Virus record (IMG/VR): IMGVR_UViG_3300024500_000029
Strand: one strand, 5' to 3'
DNA from: an uncultured virus (IMG/VR IMGVR_UViG_3300024500_000029)
Taxonomy: Duplodnaviria > Heunggongvirae > Uroviricota > Caudoviricetes
Length of the DNA: 20,000 bases
Shown: positions 14,782 to 20,000 of the stretch, piece after piece
Layout of the letters: each line of letters starts with the position of its first letter
Position numbering within the stretch: the stretch's first letter is position 1
Program-made: the position numbers and the translations under genes
The notes under the pieces: generated by a model
Told to the model about the DNA's origin: nothing
The model's database searches: none
Seen by the model: only the letters and a program-made list of their open reading frames with translations

Positions 14782-15525
14782 ATGACAGTAAAAAACTATA
14801 TAGTAAATTCAGTAAGGCCCATACGTAACGGCTGGATGCTGGAAAAAAATCGTGATCTCTACCTAGCCTACCAAAAAATGTCACAATACAGTCGAGCTAG
14901 CTATGAGCATTATGTGGAAGAGCCTTTTGAATACATACAGCTTACAGAAGAAGTAGACGATAATGATACTTACACTCTAGCTGTCTGGGAGGATATTAAA
15001 CGTATCTGGAATCAGGAGCCCTGTAATATATTCTTTGCAGGTGCTGATACAATTATGATAAGACCCACCTCACTGTTTGGGGATAGATTTAAAGAGTATA
15101 GGATGTTTAACTATACAGATCCTAAAAGCGAAGGTGAATTCCAGCATTATTTTAATGATGATATACAGTATTATCCTCATACAATGAGTCGGACAGTCTG
15201 GGACCTAGGCGAACAACTATGGTCACAGAGAGTGGGTCATCCTTATCAACACTGGGGATTTGATCAGGTTAGGCATAATTATATGTTCTGGAGTCAGGAT
15301 ATACCAATGGAGGATAGATTCCATCCTGAGTTGGCTTACCAAGCTATGAACCTAAGGGCACTAACAGAACAGGCCATTGCCTGGCATAATTCCTGGAACG
15401 GTATTGATATTAATGCAGCACACATACTACACTTCCACGCTAGTCGTGGCAGTCAACAAGTAATAGATCTTATGAAATATTTTTGCGACTATTTAGAAAT
15501 TCCCTATGACAACTCCAACACTTGA
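14782..15525 (+). CDS. Hypothetical protein, possibly a diverged glycosyltransferase
   Basis: Inside the sugar operon; IFFAGADT at a DxD-like position and C-terminal ILHFH resemble GT-A fold enzymes (weak). Confidence 0.55.
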   Translation: MTVKNYIVNSVRPIRNGWMLEKNRDLYLAYQKMSQYSRASYEHYVEEPFEYIQLTEEVDDNDTYTLAVWEDIKRIWNQEPCNIFFAGADTIMIRPTSLFGDRFKEYRMFNYTDPKSEGEFQHYFNDDIQYYPHTMSRTVWDLGEQLWSQRVGHPYQHWGFDQVRHNYMFWSQDIPMEDRFHPELAYQAMNLRALTEQAIAWHNSWNGIDINAAHILHFHASRGSQQVIDLMKYFCDYLEIPYDNSNT

Positions 15526-16840
15526 TAAAATATTAGAATTAGTAGAACAACATTATAAAGAACGTCAGGAATCCCGTACCTGGACTGCGGGTCGAGATTT
15601 TGTAAACTATGCTGGCGCCTACTACGATCAGGAGGAATATCTAGCAGGTGTCAAAAGCCTACTTAGTGGCTGGTTGGCAATGGGTAATGAAAGTTTAAAA
15701 TTTGAACGACAGTTCCCCAAACAGTTTGGAAAAAAACTTGGTATAGTTACTAATTCAGGTAGCAGCAGTAACCTATTAATGATGGCAAGTCTTACCAGCA
15801 AACGTGGATACAATTTACCTAAAGGCACCAAGGTTCTTATGCCTATTGCAGGTTTTCCTACTACACTAAACCCTACATTGCAAATGGGTTTTACGCCAGT
15901 GTTTGTGGACATAGAGCTTGATACTCTCAACCTAGATCTTGATCAGGTGGAGGCTGCACTTAAACAAAATCCTGATATTAGAGTCATTACCTTTGCGCAC
16001 GTACTGGGAAATCCTCCCAATATGGATAGAGTAATGGAAATAGTTAAAAAATATGATCTTATTCTATTAGAAGATTGCTGCGATGCTCTAGGAAGTACCT
16101 ATAGAGAGAAACCACTGGGTAGTTATGGTCTTATGGCTAGTTGTAGTTTTTATCCTGCTCACCATATGACTATGGGCGAAGGTGGTTATGTAGCCACTGA
16201 TGATCCCGAACAAGATATTATTTTAAGAAGTTTTAGAGAATGGGGTCGCGGCTGTTATTGTGTGGGACCTGAAGCTAATAAACTAAAATGTGGCACTTGT
16301 GGAACTAGATTTAAAAATTGGATACCCACTATGCCGGATGAAATTTTTGATCACAAATATGTATATGATGAGATTGGATACAATCTTAAGCCAATCGAAC
16401 TACAGTGTGCAATGGGCATCAAACAACTGGATAAGTTGCCGGAAATACACGCACTACGTAGACGAAACTACCAACTATTATTTTCCATATACGAGAAATA
16501 TGAAGAATATTTTCATCTTCCTAGAGCTCAGGAACACAGCGACCCCAGCTGGTTTGCTTTTCCACTAACAGTAAGATCAAACGCTCCGTTTACTCGTGCG
16601 GATATAGTTGACTACCTGGAAGAAAAATTGATTCAGACTAGACCCTACTTCGCTGGTAACATTATGTTGCAACCAGCTTACAGTCATTTAATGGATCAAA
16701 ATTTAGCAAAAAATAATTTCCCCAATGCAACACTAGCAATGACCAACACCTACTTCCACGGCACTAGCCCGGTAATCACTCCCGAGCAGATTGCCTATAT
16801 TGGAGAAGTAGTAGACGGATTTATGAGTCTGTTCAATTAA
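15506..16840 (+). CDS. rfbH: NDP-4-keto-6-deoxyglucose 3-dehydrase (RfbH/DdhC, E1; DegT-like PMP enzyme)
   Basis: NSGSSSNL, EDCCDALG; SFYPAHHMTMGEGG has His in place of the catalytic Lys; WGRGCYC...CGTC Cys cluster. Confidence 0.88.
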   Translation: MTTPTLDKILELVEQHYKERQESRTWTAGRDFVNYAGAYYDQEEYLAGVKSLLSGWLAMGNESLKFERQFPKQFGKKLGIVTNSGSSSNLLMMASLTSKRGYNLPKGTKVLMPIAGFPTTLNPTLQMGFTPVFVDIELDTLNLDLDQVEAALKQNPDIRVITFAHVLGNPPNMDRVMEIVKKYDLILLEDCCDALGSTYREKPLGSYGLMASCSFYPAHHMTMGEGGYVATDDPEQDIILRSFREWGRGCYCVGPEANKLKCGTCGTRFKNWIPTMPDEIFDHKYVYDEIGYNLKPIELQCAMGIKQLDKLPEIHALRRRNYQLLFSIYEKYEEYFHLPRAQEHSDPSWFAFPLTVRSNAPFTRADIVDYLEEKLIQTRPYFAGNIMLQPAYSHLMDQNLAKNNFPNATLAMTNTYFHGTSPVITPEQIAYIGEVVDGFMSLFN

Positions 16841-16855
16841 TTACAGAGGAACACT

Positions 16856-18616
16856 ATGAGAGGCGATCAATACGTAGCACAATTTTTAAAAGCAATTAAT
16901 AGCAACAAGGTATTTTTAGTACAGGGCGGAGCTTGTGCCTTTATGCTAGATGCAGTGGGCGAAACACCTGGAATGAGTTATGTGGCCTTCCAGCACGAAC
17001 AGGCAGCGGCTATGGCGGCTGATGCACTCTGGCGAACCAGCGGCCAGCTGGGGGTGACATTCTGCACCAGCGGACCAGGCGCAAGTAATCTATTAACAGG
17101 CATCGCCTGCGGCTACTACGATAGCATACCCAGCCTACATATCTGTGGTCAGGTGAACGGTAAAGAGGTAGCACAGTATAAAGGTGCCAAAGTAAGACAG
17201 GCTGGATTCCAGCAGATGGACATTGTAAGTATGGCCAAGCCTGTATGTAACTATGCCGTGGCAGTGACCAAGGCCAGTGAGCTACCACTTGCTCTTAAAA
17301 CTGCTGTGGAACAGGCGTTTACTGGCAGAATGGGACCAGTGTTAGTGGACATTCCTATGGACATACAGACGGAAGACATAGGCACAGATGAAATATTGTT
17401 ACCAGAAATTAAAGTTCCCAGTATTGCAGATGATCAAACACAAATTATTGCTAATAGCGTAAATGAATTTTTCCAGTCAGGTCAAAGGCCCTTGGTTGTA
17501 TTAGGAGCTGGTGTTGAACTAGCAGGCAGACAACAAGAGATGGTAGACTGGTTACAGAAAACTCGAACACCGTTCGTGGCCAGCTGGAGTGCTCTAAATA
17601 TTTTTGATCATAGTATGCCTAACTATCTAGGTCATTTTGGTGTCTACGGTAACCGTGGTGGTAACTATGTAATACAAAACGCAGATCGCATTCTGGTATT
17701 AGGCAGCAGACTGGATAATCGTCAGACTTCAGGCAACGTGGATAATTTTGCGCCCAGTGCTAAACTAATGGCCCTGGATATTGACGGCGAAGAATTAATA
17801 AAGTATCCTGATAGATTTACAGGTATACAAGTTAACCTTACACACCTTGATAAAATTTTACCTAATGTTGCTGCGCCAGAAGCTAGTTCAGACTGGCTGG
17901 AATATACTAATAGAATTAGAGAAAAATATCTAAACACCGATATTAGTCAGGAAAGTGAAAAATATAACAGTCTTAATCCCTACAGTGTAGTTAGAAAGAT
18001 AACTAGTCTGCTTGATGATGATGCGCACATCTTTGCTGATGCTGGTGCCAACCACGTTTGGCTCTATCAGATGTGGAATCGTAAAGGTAGACAAAAATTA
18101 TTTACTAGTAGCGGTCACTATGCAATGGGTTACAGTCTACCTGCTGCTATTGGTAGCCTAATAGGAAATCCTGAAGTTCAGGCAGTCAGTTTTAATGGTG
18201 ATGGTGGTGTACAGATGAACATACAGGAACTACAGACTGCAAGAGAATATGGTCTAGACATCAAAGTGGTGGTATTTAATAACCAGGGTCTGGGTATGAT
18301 ACGTCAATTCCAGAATAGTTATATGGGTGGACGCCATCACGCCACCACACAGGGTCAGGGACCAGGTGTTCCTGATTTTGAAAAACTAGCTGCCGCCTAC
18401 GGTATGAAATATACCAAGGTTGTGGACCTTAAGCAATTAGACAGTGACTTATTCCAGCAAGGTTCAAGATTAATAGAATGTGTGATTGACCAACGAGTGC
18501 TTATTGAACCCAAATTGGAAATGGGAAGACCAATTAATGATCAGTTCCCCTACGTCACTGACGAAGAATTTTTAGAAAACAACCAATTTGTGGAATACAC
18601 CCACAGAAAAAAATAA
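16856..18616 (+). CDS. ThDP-dependent enzyme (acetolactate synthase family, YerE-like)
   Basis: QHEQAAAMAAD, TSGPGASN, GFQQMD, GDGG...N ThDP-binding motif. Confidence 0.88.
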   Translation: MRGDQYVAQFLKAINSNKVFLVQGGACAFMLDAVGETPGMSYVAFQHEQAAAMAADALWRTSGQLGVTFCTSGPGASNLLTGIACGYYDSIPSLHICGQVNGKEVAQYKGAKVRQAGFQQMDIVSMAKPVCNYAVAVTKASELPLALKTAVEQAFTGRMGPVLVDIPMDIQTEDIGTDEILLPEIKVPSIADDQTQIIANSVNEFFQSGQRPLVVLGAGVELAGRQQEMVDWLQKTRTPFVASWSALNIFDHSMPNYLGHFGVYGNRGGNYVIQNADRILVLGSRLDNRQTSGNVDNFAPSAKLMALDIDGEELIKYPDRFTGIQVNLTHLDKILPNVAAPEASSDWLEYTNRIREKYLNTDISQESEKYNSLNPYSVVRKITSLLDDDAHIFADAGANHVWLYQMWNRKGRQKLFTSSGHYAMGYSLPAAIGSLIGNPEVQAVSFNGDGGVQMNIQELQTAREYGLDIKVVVFNNQGLGMIRQFQNSYMGGRHHATTQGQGPGVPDFEKLAAAYGMKYTKVVDLKQLDSDLFQQGSRLIECVIDQRVLIEPKLEMGRPINDQFPYVTDEEFLENNQFVEYTHRKK

Positions 18617-18692
18617 ACTGAAGAAATTTCCACTTGCAGTATTGATACTTCTATGTTAATATAGGGGTATCAATCACTTATGGGATTTTTCT

Positions 18693-18851
18693 ATGTTTGA
18701 ATCTATCGAAATTCGCAAAGCAGCCAACGGTTTTATTCTAGTAGTGCATACAGAAGATGAAGATCTTGAATACGTTTATGATAGCAGCCGCAAGGCAATG
18801 CGAGTAATTAAACAGTATATTGAAGCTGATACTACTAAAAATTCAGATTAA
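18693..18851 (+). CDS. Small hypothetical protein (52 aa, MFESIEIRKAANGFILVV...)
   Basis: Clean ATG-TAA ORF in the intergenic gap, below the track cutoff. Confidence 0.65.
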   Translation: MFESIEIRKAANGFILVVHTEDEDLEYVYDSSRKAMRVIKQYIEADTTKNSD

Positions 18852-18863
18852 TAATTTATTAAC

Positions 18864-18931
18864 GTTGCAAATTAAGCAACTTAGTTAATAAAATGTTAAC
18901 AGTTGACTTTAACCCCGGGTTCCTGTATTAT
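18864..18931 (+). promoter_or_regulatory. Sigma70-type promoter with two palindromic operator-like sites
   Basis: GTTGC-N7-GCAAC 18864-18880; GTTAA-N7-TTAAC 18884-18900; TTGACT 18903-18908, 17-nt spacer, TATTAT 18926-18931. Confidence 0.75.
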
Positions 18932-18967
18932 TACGAAATAAACTAATAACTACCAAGGAGCCTAACT

Positions 18968-19990
18968 ATGAAACCCATTGTGGAAATTATTGCTGGCAGC
19001 TATCGCGATCAAGACTGTACTGGTATGCAGTTTGAACTAAAACAGCCCTTTACCAACACAGGCAAAAACGCATTTATTGCTGTCAAAAATGATGGACAGA
19101 TTCCCGGCGGTCCAAAAGTGATCCGCATTAATGTTAAAGGTCCTATGGACTATCAATTTACAAATGGTAATTTTGTTGTAGAAGACAACACCAAGCCCAC
19201 ACAGGCTGCACCAGCTGAGACAGACCAAGAAGCAATAGCTCGTATTCGCGAACGTTTTGAAATCCTGCACGAAATGACCAAGGCTGCTACTAACGGCGAC
19301 ATTCGTGCTATGATTGTAAGTGGTCCTCCTGGTGTTGGTAAGAGCTTTGGTGTTGAGCAAGAAATTGAAAAAGCCCAACTTATAGATCAACTTGCTGGAC
19401 GTCGCCTACGTGCAGAGGTAGTAAAAGGCAGTGCCAGCCCAATTGGTCTGTATCAAACTCTCTACAAGTATTCAGATTCGAACTGTGTTATCGTGTTTGA
19501 TGATTGCGACAGTATCCTACTAGACGACGTCGCACTTAACTTGCTTAAAGGTGCTCTGGATTCCGGTAAGAAGCGCAAGATCAGCTGGTTGAGCGAGAGC
19601 CGTGTACTCAAGGACGAAGGTATCCCTTCAACATTTGATTTTAAAGGTAGTGTCATCTTTATCACTAACCTTAAGTTTGACAAGATGAAATCGCAAAAAC
19701 TGCGTGATCACTTGGATGCACTACAATCACGTTGCCACTATCTAGATCTTACCCTGGATACTCAGCGTGACAAAATCCTGCGTATTAAGCAGATTGCAGG
19801 TGACGGTGTATTGTTTGATGGTTATGATTTCAGCAAAGAAGAACAGGAAGAAATCATTGAGTATATGGATGAAACCAAGGACAACCTGCGCGAACTAAGT
19901 CTGCGTATGGCTCTCAAGATTGCTGACCTCCGCAAGAGCTTCCCTAATAAATGGAAGGCAATGGATAATACTACCTGTGTCAAGGTATAA
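18968..19990 (+). CDS. P-loop/AAA-type ATPase
   Basis: Walker A GPPGVGKS, Walker B IVFDD, sensor FITN, ALQSR arginine finger; AAGGAG RBS. Confidence 0.85.
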   Translation: MKPIVEIIAGSYRDQDCTGMQFELKQPFTNTGKNAFIAVKNDGQIPGGPKVIRINVKGPMDYQFTNGNFVVEDNTKPTQAAPAETDQEAIARIRERFEILHEMTKAATNGDIRAMIVSGPPGVGKSFGVEQEIEKAQLIDQLAGRRLRAEVVKGSASPIGLYQTLYKYSDSNCVIVFDDCDSILLDDVALNLLKGALDSGKKRKISWLSESRVLKDEGIPSTFDFKGSVIFITNLKFDKMKSQKLRDHLDALQSRCHYLDLTLDTQRDKILRIKQIAGDGVLFDGYDFSKEEQEEIIEYMDETKDNLRELSLRMALKIADLRKSFPNKWKAMDNTTCVKV

Positions 19991-20000
19991 TATGGCAACA

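Noticed and set aside
15628..19683. Nested or antisense ORFs inside rfbH, the ThDP enzyme and the ATPase
   Set aside because: Shadows of well-supported + strand genes, with no motifs or RBS.
1..20000. Genome-wide TAG reassignment
   Set aside because: Recognisable genes are full length in the standard code with no internal TAG in this window.

Overview
AT-rich, gene-dense segment of what is most likely a large (jumbo-type) bacteriophage genome. Evidence: many short hypothetical ORFs, 11 dispersed tRNA genes with encoded CCA, consensus sigma70-type promoters and T4-like TATAAATA late-promoter motifs. The left 12 kb is a tRNA-rich accessory region. Positions ~920-2815 are a 1.9 kb non-coding block of structured RNAs: an ~885-nt GOLLD-like RNA with an embedded tRNA-like domain, two RNAs running from 5'-GGT to ACCA-3', and four cassettes each closed by a 20-21 bp terminal stem. 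A fifth cassette (17-bp stem) sits at 6375-6440. Four of the five stems share a consensus with compensatory changes but enclose unrelated payloads; this is the best candidate for an undescribed system. The region also has an amber (CUA) suppressor tRNA, a Rieske oxygenase, two cupin/2OG-Fe(II)-like paralogs, a CX5R phosphatase, a metallophosphoesterase, a ClpP-like protease and a YkuK/RNase H-like protein. The right 8 kb encodes NadE, a nucleotide-sugar operon (SDR epimerase/reductase, RmlB, unknown protein, RfbH/DdhC, ThDP enzyme) suggesting a branched-chain 3,6-dideoxysugar pathway, and a P-loop/AAA ATPase. All calls come from manual motif and base-pair inspection; no searches were run.
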